DNA from: an uncultured Gemmatimonadota bacterium
GTDB taxonomy: Bacteria > SM23-81 > DAOVCL01
Assembly (NCBI GenBank): GCA_964626665.1
Contig: CAZVGK010000035.1
Span: forward strand, 1 to 28,584
Direction of reading: 5' to 3'
DNA: 28,584 bases
The notes beneath the pieces were generated by a model. It did not search any database, was not told the DNA's origin, and was given only the letters and a program-made list of their open reading frames with translations. A program made the position numbers and the translations under genes. Numbering within the stretch: the stretch's first letter is position 1; every line of letters begins with the position of its first letter. This document shows positions 10,346 through 18,894 of this stretch, piece by piece.

Positions 10346-10467
10346 GCAAAAGCCATAGAATCGATTGCCGCAGGCTTTAGTAAGCTAAGATGAACCCCAC
10401 AATAAATCACTTACGCAACCTAAAGGTTGCGGCTATCAGTTTTTTAAGCCTTTTTGTGGGGTAGTCA
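10346..10467. repeat. REP doublet element, copy 2
   Basis: Direct repeat of 7086-7209. Confidence 0.7.
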
Positions 10468-10616
10468 GAATTAAGGATGAAAGAACCTCAAGGCAAGGGC
10501 CTGGTGCTAAGCTCACTGTCCATCTCTTTCTTCCTGCCCCCAAAACTTGACACAGATCATAAGATCCTGTCTTATGAAGCCAGATAGGTGACGAGCTACG
10601 ATGTTAGTTTTTCTGG

Positions 10617-10780
10617 CTGTACTACAAACTTGCCAGATCTTGTTTTTTGGCTAAAATTTGCAGGGCCCATTAAGTACAAAACTTCTACCACACTTTAGTG
10701 CGGGTTAAGGGCCTTTAGGCCCTATATGGAGTGTGGTAACTCCTGTTGACGTGGGCTGTGACCCTGTCACAGCACTCCAA
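10617..10780. repeat. Composite repeat: TGTACT...AGTACA unit, GCACTTTAGTGC-type hairpin and TGGAGTG...CACTCCA doublet
   Basis: 10617-10722 matches 28393-28498 (106 bp, about 9 mismatches by eye). 10685-10780 is the inverse of about 23452-23550. Confidence 0.8.
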
Positions 10781-11056
10781 ACGGGTTACCCGAACCGGAA
10801 CGGGAAAGCTGGGTAGATGGGTAGGGGTCGCATTTATGCAACCCGAACGGGCTCCGATTCATCGGAGCCCCCACAAGAAACAAAGGGATTTACCTGATCT
10901 GACTGTGGCAGAATAGGGGTTCTGCTACCTCAAAAACCCCTGCGAGTAACGAGCTGCGATACCCAATCTGCGGTAGTGGTCTTCTTCTCAGTGCAATCCG
11001 TGATCCTTGTTGGGTTGCTGAGTCGTGGTAATTAAGGTGGTTTGGATAGAAATGGT

Positions 11057-11085
11057 TTGACATCTGCCATCTTTTGGTTTAGTTT
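11057..11085 (+). promoter_or_regulatory. Sigma70 promoter of the M42 peptidase gene
   Basis: TTGACA-17 bp-TAGTTT, 46 bp upstream of the ATG. Confidence 0.55.
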
Positions 11086-11131
11086 TGGGTATTTACAATT
11101 GGTCAATTCTTAAAAGAGAAAGGGGAGAAAT

Positions 11132-12196
11132 ATGGAAAAGGGTTCTGTAGATTTTCTGAAACGACTGGTTGATGCCCCCAGCCCATCGGGGTTTGAGGGG
11201 CCAGTGCGCAAGATCTGGCAGGAGAGGATGGAAGGGTTCGCCGATGAGGTGAAGGTCGACCTCCATGGGAATGTGATTGCCGCCCTCAATTTGGGTGGTA
11301 AGCCCAGGGTGATGTTGGCTGGCCACTGTGATGAGGTGGGATTTATGGTCAGATACATCAACGATGAGGGCTTTATCTTCTTTGTTCCCATTGGGGGGGT
11401 GGATTCGGGTATTGTCTCCGCCCGCAGGGTGAAGATTTATACCAGGAAGGGAGTGGTGTTTGGGGTAGTGGGGAGAAAGGCCATCCACCTGATGGATGAA
11501 GAGGAGAGGAAGAAGGTACCCCAGTTCCATCAGCTCTGGATTGACATCGGGGCCAAGAACAAGAAGGAGGCCGAGTCCCTAGTCTCTGTGGGGGATCCCC
11601 TAGTCTTCGACCAGGGGTTTCAAGAGTTGCGGGGAGACCTGATTGTGGGAAGGGGCTTTGATGATCGGGTGGGAAGCTTTGCCGTAGGAGAGGCCCTCAG
11701 GCTTCTCTCCCAGGCCCATCCCCAGGCCTCCGTCTACGCCGTGGCCACCGTGCAGGAAGAATTGGGAATGCGGGGGGCACGGACCAGCGCCTTTGGCATT
11801 TCCCCTGAGGTGGGCATTGCTGTGGATCTGGACCACACCACCGATCACCCCGGCACAAAGGACAAAAAGGAGAGGTTCGGTGATCTTAAACTGAGGGGGG
11901 GGCCGGTGATCGTCCGGGGGGCAAACATAAATCCGGTTGTGGAAAGCCTATTGATAGAGACGGCCCAAAGGGAGAAGATGCCCTATCAGATAGCCGGGGC
12001 TCCATCAGGGACAGGGACAGATGCCAATGTCATCCAGACCACTAAGGGAGGGGTCGCCGCCGGTTTAGTGGGTATTCCCAATCGCTATATGCATACGCCA
12101 GTGGAGGTTATCTCCCTCGATGATTTAGAAAATGTCTCCAAGCTGTTGGCCTCCTTCATAATGAAGATAGATGAGAAGACTGACTTCACCCCTTAG
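11132..12196 (+). CDS. M42 family metallo-aminopeptidase (TET/FrvX-like)
   Basis: SPSGFE, AGHCDEVG, FDDRVG, TVQEELG, GTDA and RYMHTPVE metal-ligand motifs. Confidence 0.93.
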   Translation: MEKGSVDFLKRLVDAPSPSGFEGPVRKIWQERMEGFADEVKVDLHGNVIAALNLGGKPRVMLAGHCDEVGFMVRYINDEGFIFFVPIGGVDSGIVSARRVKIYTRKGVVFGVVGRKAIHLMDEEERKKVPQFHQLWIDIGAKNKKEAESLVSVGDPLVFDQGFQELRGDLIVGRGFDDRVGSFAVGEALRLLSQAHPQASVYAVATVQEELGMRGARTSAFGISPEVGIAVDLDHTTDHPGTKDKKERFGDLKLRGGPVIVRGANINPVVESLLIETAQREKMPYQIAGAPSGTGTDANVIQTTKGGVAAGLVGIPNRYMHTPVEVISLDDLENVSKLLASFIMKIDEKTDFTP

Positions 12197-12198
12197 AC

Positions 12199-12575
12199 GA
12201 ACTTAGCGACCGAAGGGAACTAAGTTCTAATTCCAAGCTAAATTCTCTGCTGTGGGAAGCATCTCCTGATGCCGATTATCAAGGTCAGGAGACCTTTCCC
12301 ACAAAATTCACTGAGGTGGCAGAACCCCGATTCTGCCACCCACCACCGTAAGACGGGGCATCTGACGGCTCAGGAAGAAACCTTACCCTAAAGTGCGGTA
12401 GAAAACCAGACCCTCACCACGGATTAGCACAGACAACCCAGAAAGGGATTTGCCCCGGTCATGTTCCGTGAAATTCCGTGTAGTTCCGTGGTCAAAGTTC
12501 TCCTTCTACCTGGTTTTCCTGGGTCGGGACGGGTAGTCGATGGTTCCTATGAGCTGGCAGAACCCCCTTTCTGCT
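12199..12575. repeat. Cluster of mixed REP-like elements
   Basis: GAACTTAGCGACCGAAGGGAACTAAGTTC (12199), GTGGGAAGCATCTCCTGATGCC...CCCAC (12252), GTGGCAGAACCCCGATTCTGCCAC (12316), ACCACGGA...TCCGTGGT (12416-12492). Confidence 0.7.
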
Positions 12576-12645
12576 TCACACATCTTCCCTGGTAGTCACA
12601 GAATTTAGTCTGCGTCCTTTCGCCACCACAAAATGGAGGGAAAAG

Positions 12646-13148
12646 ATGAGAAGGTCTCTCTCATTGGCGGCCACAATTGTCCTTTTTTCTCTAGGTCTGA
12701 TCGCGGCACAGGCCGCAACGCCCCAGCTAACTGCCAAATGAGTAAAGGTTTTGAACAACAGGGATTATTTCCCGATAGTAGAGGAAATCTTTGGCCAAGT
12801 AAAAGCTTCATTTGGGTGATAATGTATTTGGCCAGATACTACACCGAACCGCCCCAATATGCCCGGCACTATACTCATGGGGAGGGCTAACCTTACAGCA
12901 ATACCAACCTCCTTTTGGAGGATCTAATCGAGGCTGCCGAGAAGGGGGTTAAGGTGGTGGTGATCTTGGACTCCTCCGACTAGAACAAGGAGAATACCCA
13001 GAAGAATAAGCTCTTTGCCCAGAGGTTAAAAAGGGGAGGGGTTAAGGTCCTCTTTGACCATCCCCAGGTTACTACCCACAACAAACTTATCCTTGTTGAT
13101 GATGAACTGACCATAGTCGGCTCTATCAACTGGACCTACTATGCTTTA
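12646..13148 (+). pseudogene. Secreted phospholipase D/nuclease (HKD) family pseudogene
   Basis: GGAGG then ATG 12646 and a signal peptide MRRSLSLAATIVLFSLGLIAAQA. Lesions: TGA at 12739, frameshift near 12803, TAA at 12888, TAG at 12981. Retains HNKLILVD (HxKxxxxD) and GSINWT, then is truncated. Confidence 0.85.
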
Positions 13149-13153
13149 TTTGA

Positions 13154-13246
13154 CAGTTCACGGAGGTCAGTTTCCAGGGATCAGGAAGTCAGATGCTCTT
13201 TCATTCTTCATTTTACATTCGAAGCTTCCCTGATCTCTGTGAACTG
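13154..13246. mobile_element. MITE-like 93-bp element
   Basis: Inverted repeats CAGTTCACGGAGGTCAG / CTGATCTCTGTGAACTG (15/17 match) located at the PLD truncation point. Confidence 0.5.
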
Positions 13247-13272
13247 CTATATTACCTCTTACTGAAGAGAGC

Positions 13273-14511
13273 TTGATGAATCTCATTTTCGCCATTTCTC
13301 TCCTTCTGTTGATCGGCTATTTTGGTGGCAGATTGGCCAGGAGAATAAGACTACCTGAGGTAACGGGCTATATCCTTGTGGGGATATTGATAGGCCCTTC
13401 TTGCCTCAGGCTCATTCCAGAACCGATACTTGAAGAGGAGTTGGATCCCATAGTGGATATTGCCCTGGGAATCATCGCCTTCTCCATCGGGGGAAGTCTC
13501 AACCTCCTACAAATTAAGAGGTTTGGTAAAAGCATCACCTGGATAACATTTATGCAATCACTGGGAGCATTTCTTTTAGTAGCAATTTCTGTGAGCTTAA
13601 TTGCACCTTTGATCCTTCATTTTCCCCTCTCTACGATTTTCCCCTTTTGCCTCGTTCTGGGAGCGATAGCCACGGCTACGGCCCCGGCCGCCACCGTCGC
13701 CGTGATAAATGAATTAAAGGCAAGAGGGCCTCTTACTACCACACTTTTAGCCGTTGTTGCCCTGGATGATGCCCTGGCCATAGGTATCTTCGGAATATCA
13801 AACTCTGTAGCCTCAACCCTCATGGGTGGTGAGATGGGGGCATATAAAATCATTTTGACTTCTATTGTCGAAATTGTCGGCTCTTTGGGTTTGGGAGTTT
13901 GTCTTGGCTTTCTGTTGAGGTTTATATCCAAATACTTGAGGACGGATCATGGATTCCTGATAGTTTCGTTGGGGACGGTCTGCTTAGCATCGGGGACGGC
14001 GATGATATTTAAATTATCACCACTTTTAGCGAATATGGTACTAGGTTTTATAATCGTAAATGGGAGAAAAAAAGATCAGAGATTCATCACCGTCCTTGAA
14101 TTTATCAGCCCCCCTCTTTATGCCATCTTCTTTGCCCTGGCGGGAACCTACCTTAGAATTAAAACCCTTTCGTTAGTGGGTCTTTTGGGGGTAGTCTTTA
14201 TCTTTACCAGGATGTTGGGCAAGGTCGGCGGAGCTTGGCTTGGCGGATGTTTCTCCAAGGTGTCACCCAAAGTAAAAACTTATTTGGGGTTCGCCCTCCT
14301 TCCCCAAGCTGGTGTAGCTGTGGGACTTGTGCTTATTGCCCATGAGAATCCGGCCTTTAAAATCTATGGCGATATGATGATAAACATTGTCCTCGCTTCA
14401 GTAGCGATAAATGAGATAGTGGGACCGCCGTTTACCTCATTTGCTATAAAACGGGCAGGAGAAGCAACTGTGGGGAGCGAAGAACCCACCGTTAATAAAG
14501 ATTTTAATTAG
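13273..14511 (+). CDS. Cation:proton antiporter (CPA family)
   Basis: About 12-13 hydrophobic helices, LPEVTGYILVGILIGP, ATAPAAT, ALDD, LLPQAGVAVGL. Confidence 0.9.
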   Translation: MMNLIFAISLLLLIGYFGGRLARRIRLPEVTGYILVGILIGPSCLRLIPEPILEEELDPIVDIALGIIAFSIGGSLNLLQIKRFGKSITWITFMQSLGAFLLVAISVSLIAPLILHFPLSTIFPFCLVLGAIATATAPAATVAVINELKARGPLTTTLLAVVALDDALAIGIFGISNSVASTLMGGEMGAYKIILTSIVEIVGSLGLGVCLGFLLRFISKYLRTDHGFLIVSLGTVCLASGTAMIFKLSPLLANMVLGFIIVNGRKKDQRFITVLEFISPPLYAIFFALAGTYLRIKTLSLVGLLGVVFIFTRMLGKVGGAWLGGCFSKVSPKVKTYLGFALLPQAGVAVGLVLIAHENPAFKIYGDMMINIVLASVAINEIVGPPFTSFAIKRAGEATVGSEEPTVNKDFN

Positions 14512-14577
14512 GACACAGATTTTCGCCGATACCCGCAGAAAGTTAAAATCTTGACAACCTGCGTTTATCTGTGTCCA
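14511..14577. repeat. GGACACAGAT...ATCTGyGTCC inverted repeat element
   Basis: Second copy at 16384-16453. Both lie just after an antiporter stop codon. Confidence 0.65.
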
Positions 14578-14605
14578 AAAAAGGAATTCCCAATCTATTG
14601 AAGTT

Positions 14606-15052
14606 ATGAAAAACATCAAAGTCAAAAAAGCAAGAGATCTGCTCACCCATCGTCCATCTATTATATCTGAGGACGCTCCTATCCAAGAGGTGGTAAAAGC
14701 AATCATTGATGATCCCAAGCATAGGGCACTCTATGTTGTGGATAAGAACTCCAATCTCATCGGTATTGTGGACTTGAGGAGAGTGACCAGGTATATATTC
14801 CCTCACCTTTTTGAGGAGGATCTGATAGGAAGAGGGATAATTGACCTTGTCAGTTCTGAAACCGCTAAGGACCTTATACCTCATTCCCCAACTTATGTCA
14901 CTGATGATAATGATGATCTGGAAACAGCATTCAGGAAGATGATGGAGAACAGGCTGGAAGAGATCCCTGTGGTAGATAAAGATATGAAGGTCATCGGAGA
15001 CCTAAATCTTCTGGAATTATTTCAGGTTTGGATGAAAGGGAAAAGTGGGTAA
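14606..15052 (+). CDS. Stand-alone tandem CBS domain protein
   Basis: LYVVDKNSNLIGIV and IPVVDKDMKVIGDL CBS motifs. Confidence 0.88.
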   Translation: MKNIKVKKARDLLTHRPSIISEDAPIQEVVKAIIDDPKHRALYVVDKNSNLIGIVDLRRVTRYIFPHLFEEDLIGRGIIDLVSSETAKDLIPHSPTYVTDDNDDLETAFRKMMENRLEEIPVVDKDMKVIGDLNLLELFQVWMKGKSG

Positions 15053-15219
15053 GAATCTATATGATCCCCAGTTCGTCTGCAAACACCAGTTTTTGTAGGG
15101 GTCGGATTTATCCGACCCGTGTTGTAGAGAACGCGCCGAGTCCAATGTGCATTTGGGGGAAATCGGCAAGACCTATGGGAGGTTAGCGACCGAAGGGAGC
15201 TAAGTTCTAAGAAGGTTCA

Positions 15220-16356
15220 ATGATCCTCTTACATCTGGCAGTTATCATCATCCTATCAAAACTTGCCTCGGCCTTAGGATACAAATTCAGACAGCCTCCG
15301 GTACTGGGAATGCTGCTTTTGGGGTTGATCCTGGGACCATCTGGCATCGGCCTAATCCAGGCTGATATTGTGCTGAAATCCCTGGCAAAAATAGGGGTTA
15401 TAATCCTGCTTTTTATGGCTGGACTACAGACTGATATCCCCCAGATGCGTCGAGTGGGGAAGTCTTCCCTCCTGGCAGCCTCTGGTGGAGTATTGATCCC
15501 ATTTCTCCTCGGTGTTAGCCTCTCCCTTGCCTTCGGTTATAACCTGACAACTGGCCTCATTATCGGGACCATCCTTACCGCCACCAGCGTGAGCGTGACC
15601 GTGATGACTCTAATGGATATGAAACAGCTTAAGTCTAATGAGGGGACGATGATCTTAGGAGCGGCAGTCTTGGATGATATAATGGCGATCATCCTTTTGA
15701 CCTTTATCCTGGGATTTGCTGGAGATTCATCTAACTTATGGCTTACTCTGAGCAAGATGGTAATTTTCTTCCTCCTCTCCCTATCTGTAGGATTTTTTCT
15801 CTTCGGTAGGATAATGCGTTTTGCCACAAGGCTTCATGTCAGTGAGGGTGTGGTGGCCATCTCCCTGGGTATTGCCTTCCTCAATGCCTGGTCAGCAGAA
15901 TACGCTGGTGTGGCCTATATCACCGGGGGTTACATCGCTGGGCTTCTTTTGGGGAGGACCTTGATGAAACGGAGGATACTGGCTGCGATGGAAACCATGG
16001 GACAGTCCCTCTTTATCGCCATCTTCTTTGTGGAAATAGGTTTGGAGGCGCAGCTTAGAGGCCTGAACGGGGGATATTTATTTGTCTTTCTCCTGCTCTT
16101 TGTAGCTGTATTGGGGAAGATCGCGGGATGTGGGTTAGGGGGTCGTCTCTCCGGCCTTAAACCTATAGGGGCCCTCAGAGTAGGGATAGGAATGTTACCT
16201 CGTGGTGAAGTTGCCCTGGTAATAGCCTCAATTGGAATAACCAATAATCTAATCGGACAAACAGAGTTTTCTGGAACCGTGCTTATGGTGGTCGTTACCG
16301 CCATTGTCACTCCAATACTGTTGAAATTGGCCTTTAAGGGCGAACCAGAAATTTAA
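15220..16356 (+). CDS. Cation:proton antiporter (CPA2, NapA/GerN-like)
   Basis: QPPVLGMLLLGLILGP, ATSVSVT, AAVLDD, FFVEIG, GMLPRGEVAL. Confidence 0.9.
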   Translation: MILLHLAVIIILSKLASALGYKFRQPPVLGMLLLGLILGPSGIGLIQADIVLKSLAKIGVIILLFMAGLQTDIPQMRRVGKSSLLAASGGVLIPFLLGVSLSLAFGYNLTTGLIIGTILTATSVSVTVMTLMDMKQLKSNEGTMILGAAVLDDIMAIILLTFILGFAGDSSNLWLTLSKMVIFFLLSLSVGFFLFGRIMRFATRLHVSEGVVAISLGIAFLNAWSAEYAGVAYITGGYIAGLLLGRTLMKRRILAAMETMGQSLFIAIFFVEIGLEAQLRGLNGGYLFVFLLLFVAVLGKIAGCGLGGRLSGLKPIGALRVGIGMLPRGEVALVIASIGITNNLIGQTEFSGTVLMVVVTAIVTPILLKLAFKGEPEI

Positions 16357-16534
16357 CCTTGATAGCATAAGAATTTCCCTTTTGGACACAGATAACCACA
16401 GATTTTGCCGGATAATTTTCATAAATCCTAAGGATCTGCGTTAATCTGCGTCCCATAGAGACCGACCGAAGGGAACTAAGTTCTCTTATAGGTGAACCAA
16501 TAATCATTTACAGGGGAATAACTGAGGAGGAACA

Positions 16535-16879
16535 ATGTATCTTTTGATCATAATACTGACCAAAGAGGGCATTTTGGAGGATGTCCTCTCCGTGCTGATC
16601 GAACTGGGGATAACCGATGCCTCCATCTTGGAGAGCCAGGCATTAGGAAGGGTTTTAGCCTATAAAGTGCCCATCTTTGCCGGCCTGAGGTTCGGGATGG
16701 AGGGTGGGAGGCCATACTCCAAGACCATCCTGGCCTTAGTGGAGGACAAGGAAGCAGATCGAAAGATCGCTCAGCTCCTCAAGGATGTGGAGATAGATTT
16801 GGATGAACCAGGAACTGGGCTCATCGCCACTATAAAGGTGGAGTCTTTCGTGGGAAGGGTAGGGGAAGTGGAGATCTAA
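16535..16879 (+). CDS. PII-like (GlnB-fold) small regulatory protein
   Basis: 114 aa, ELGITDASILESQALGR and PGTGLIATIKVESFVG PII-like pattern. SD GAGGAGG. Lacks the canonical GlnB T-loop YRG motif. Confidence 0.65.
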   Translation: MYLLIIILTKEGILEDVLSVLIELGITDASILESQALGRVLAYKVPIFAGLRFGMEGGRPYSKTILALVEDKEADRKIAQLLKDVEIDLDEPGTGLIATIKVESFVGRVGEVEI

Positions 16880-17020
16880 GAGGGCAGGTCGTTGAATTTG
16901 TGACAAACCCTTGCACATTGCCTCCAAGGGAGTCCTGGTCCACTGTTATCCAATCGGGAGGTTCATTGAACTGCAGGGATCAGCAGTCAGGTGTTCGGTA
17001 GTTCTTACCTGCAGCAGATC

Positions 17021-17155
17021 AATGGGGTCAGGCTGAAAAATAGAAATTATACTTGATAGATTCGGTAAAAGGTGGTAAACGATGGCAAGGAAATCAAGAA
17101 TAGAATATCCTGGTGCGCTCTATCATGTTGGAAATATGGGAAGTGTCCCTATTTT
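17021..17155 (+). mobile_element. Non-autonomous RAYT/Y1-transposase-derived element, copy 1
   Basis: Begins AATGGGGTCAGGC. ATG 17082 encodes MARKSRIEYPGALYHV, the typical RAYT N-terminus, then the sequence is cut by GGAAGTGTCCCTATTTT. 129/135 identical to 24756-24890. Confidence 0.75.
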
Positions 17156-17296
17156 CCCATAGGCCCCATCGGGAGTGCCAGAAATCTTAAACCTCCCCCA
17201 GATTCAGAATCTGCGGGAGGTTACTATCAACCCTTACTCCCAGGGTGAACAGGATATGGAAAGTGTTTTTAACCTCCACCACACCCAGGAGTCGAA

Positions 17297-17794
17297 TCAG
17301 TTCAAAGATGAGGTAGAGCTTTCACTGTCCTCTTTAATTCGTTCCTCCCCTTTTATCCTCATAAGCCATTTTATCTCATCAAAATCTTTATCAAAGCTCG
17401 CTATATATTTTATTCCAAGCTCACGGGCAGTGAGTGCTATAAGTGCATCATGAAAATTGAGTCTCCCTTCGCTCTTCTCCATTATTTGTAGTATTTCATC
17501 ATACCAATCCAATACTTTCGTATAGGTCCATATAAGCTCATCTTTTGGCATTAGTTTTTTAATATCATGGAGTTTAGTTCTGAACTCTTGACTTAACCCC
17601 TTCTCTTCTAACCGTTTTCCAAATACACTCAATATCTCATTCATTACACAGTCGAGATACAGAAATCGTAAATTTTTGTCTCTGAGTTGATTATATACAG
17701 AGGTTGCCACATCATGCCATTTGTCTCGTATATCTAAGTAAGCGATGACGAAGCTTGCATCTAAAATTACTTCAGTCGTATATTCTTTCTGCAT
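17297..17794 (-). CDS. PIN-domain VapC-like toxin
   Basis: VILDASFVIA, VMNE, FHDALI and IASFDKDFD acidic PIN motifs. Start is ATG 17794 or GTG 17809. Confidence 0.88.
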   Translation of the reverse strand: MQKEYTTEVILDASFVIAYLDIRDKWHDVATSVYNQLRDKNLRFLYLDCVMNEILSVFGKRLEEKGLSQEFRTKLHDIKKLMPKDELIWTYTKVLDWYDEILQIMEKSEGRLNFHDALIALTARELGIKYIASFDKDFDEIKWLMRIKGEERIKEDSESSTSSLN

Positions 17795-18005
17795 CCGCGA
17801 CAGAATCACCTCCTATTTCAAAAATCCCTTTAGCCTTCCCCCATCTCTCCCAATTAGTTGGCTTTTTCTTTACCTCCTTGAATCTTTGTAAGGTTGACTT
17901 CGACTCCTTAACTTCCATCAGGAACCTTTCTAAGGTATCTATAGGAAGGGAACGGAGCGCTTTCTTCAATTCTCTAAGATCAACTTCTAAAGCTATCTTA
18001 GACAT
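17772..18005 (-). CDS. Putative antitoxin of the PIN toxin
   Basis: 77-aa ORF with GGGAGG SD, overlapping the toxin start. Acidic C-terminus GGDSVADAERIYD. Confidence 0.7.
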   Translation of the reverse strand: MSKIALEVDLRELKKALRSLPIDTLERFLMEVKESKSTLQRFKEVKKKPTNWERWGKAKGIFEIGGDSVADAERIYD

Positions 18006-18027
18006 TTTTACCTCCCAAATGAGCATT

Positions 18028-18111
18028 CTAACGATGCTCCATAGCCTCTTCAATGGAAGTATCCTGGGGAAGCTCTTGAACGACTTTCAAGACTTGTTCT
18101 TTTACAGTCAT
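18028..18111 (-). pseudogene. Truncated antitoxin-like ORF remnant (27 aa)
   Basis: AAGGAG SD then MTVKEQVLKVVQELPQDTSIEEAMEHR*, resembling the N-terminus of small antitoxins found before RelE/ParE toxins. Confidence 0.55.
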
Positions 18112-18148
18112 ACATTATCTCCTTTCCATAAATTGCTCAGTCTCAACT

Positions 18149-18177
18149 AATATAAGGCTTTTTGAGAATGATGTCAA
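18149..18177 (-). promoter_or_regulatory. Sigma70 promoter of the TA locus
   Basis: TTGACA-17 bp-TATATT. Confidence 0.7.
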
Positions 18178-18894
18178 TAACTATTGGCTTCAGAACTTGA
18201 CTAAGACCCTTTGAACTTAGCTCCTTCAGTCGTTGGCTTCCCATAAGACCTCACCAACCCTCGGCCAGCTCGGATTGTTCTGCTGTCATAATTGAAGAGA
18301 GCCTACCCCGAATTATTCATCCCGGATTATGCATTAAACACCGAAAATCACTGAAATATCAAGAGATCCAAAGAGAAGATTTCACCTGAAAGATAAATAC
18401 CATTTTTTGTAAGACATTTATGTTTCAGTGCTTTCGGTGTCATTCGGTGTTTATCGCATATTTTGAACTCGTACGTCCCCACTGTGAATTGTTTGCAATC
18501 CCATCTCTCGCAATGACATTCAGGGTGGGGTGGATATGCACACTGAGGTAGGCGCTCCACTAATGGATCAATTAGCCTCTAAGGCTTTGTCCTGACGCCC
18601 TGGGCTTTCTCAACCTCATACCCAGTACTTGGACTCGTGCCTCACCACCCCACCCCTTTTTTACTCAAATTCAATTTGCCAAACCAGACTGTCAAAAAAT
18701 ATAGGAAATATCCCTCTTTTCAGGGTTCCTCCTCATTGAGAGAGGTTTTCAGCTCCCTCAGAGGGCTTGGATTCTCAAGCTGACAGCCGACTGCTGATAG
18801 CTAACTACTGATCCCGACCCACTTCAGTTCTCCCACTTGTGCCTTGTCACCTCCCAGGGTTGTGTGGTGCGGTCCCTATCTCAACTCTCTATCT

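Noticed and set aside
10477-10587. 36-aa ORF MKEPQGKGLVLSS...
   Set aside because: Lies between repeats with a weak SD and no recognisable homology.
12739-12983. Stop-codon recoding (Sec/Pyl or alternative code) in the PLD gene
   Set aside because: Three different stop codons plus a frameshift and truncation indicate decay, and other genes here end normally with TGA, TAA and TAG.
18348-18560. Cys/His-rich 70-aa ORF
   Set aside because: Built largely from repeat fragments (GTCATTGCGAG half-site and CACCGAA/TTCGGTG inverted repeats). GTG start without an SD.
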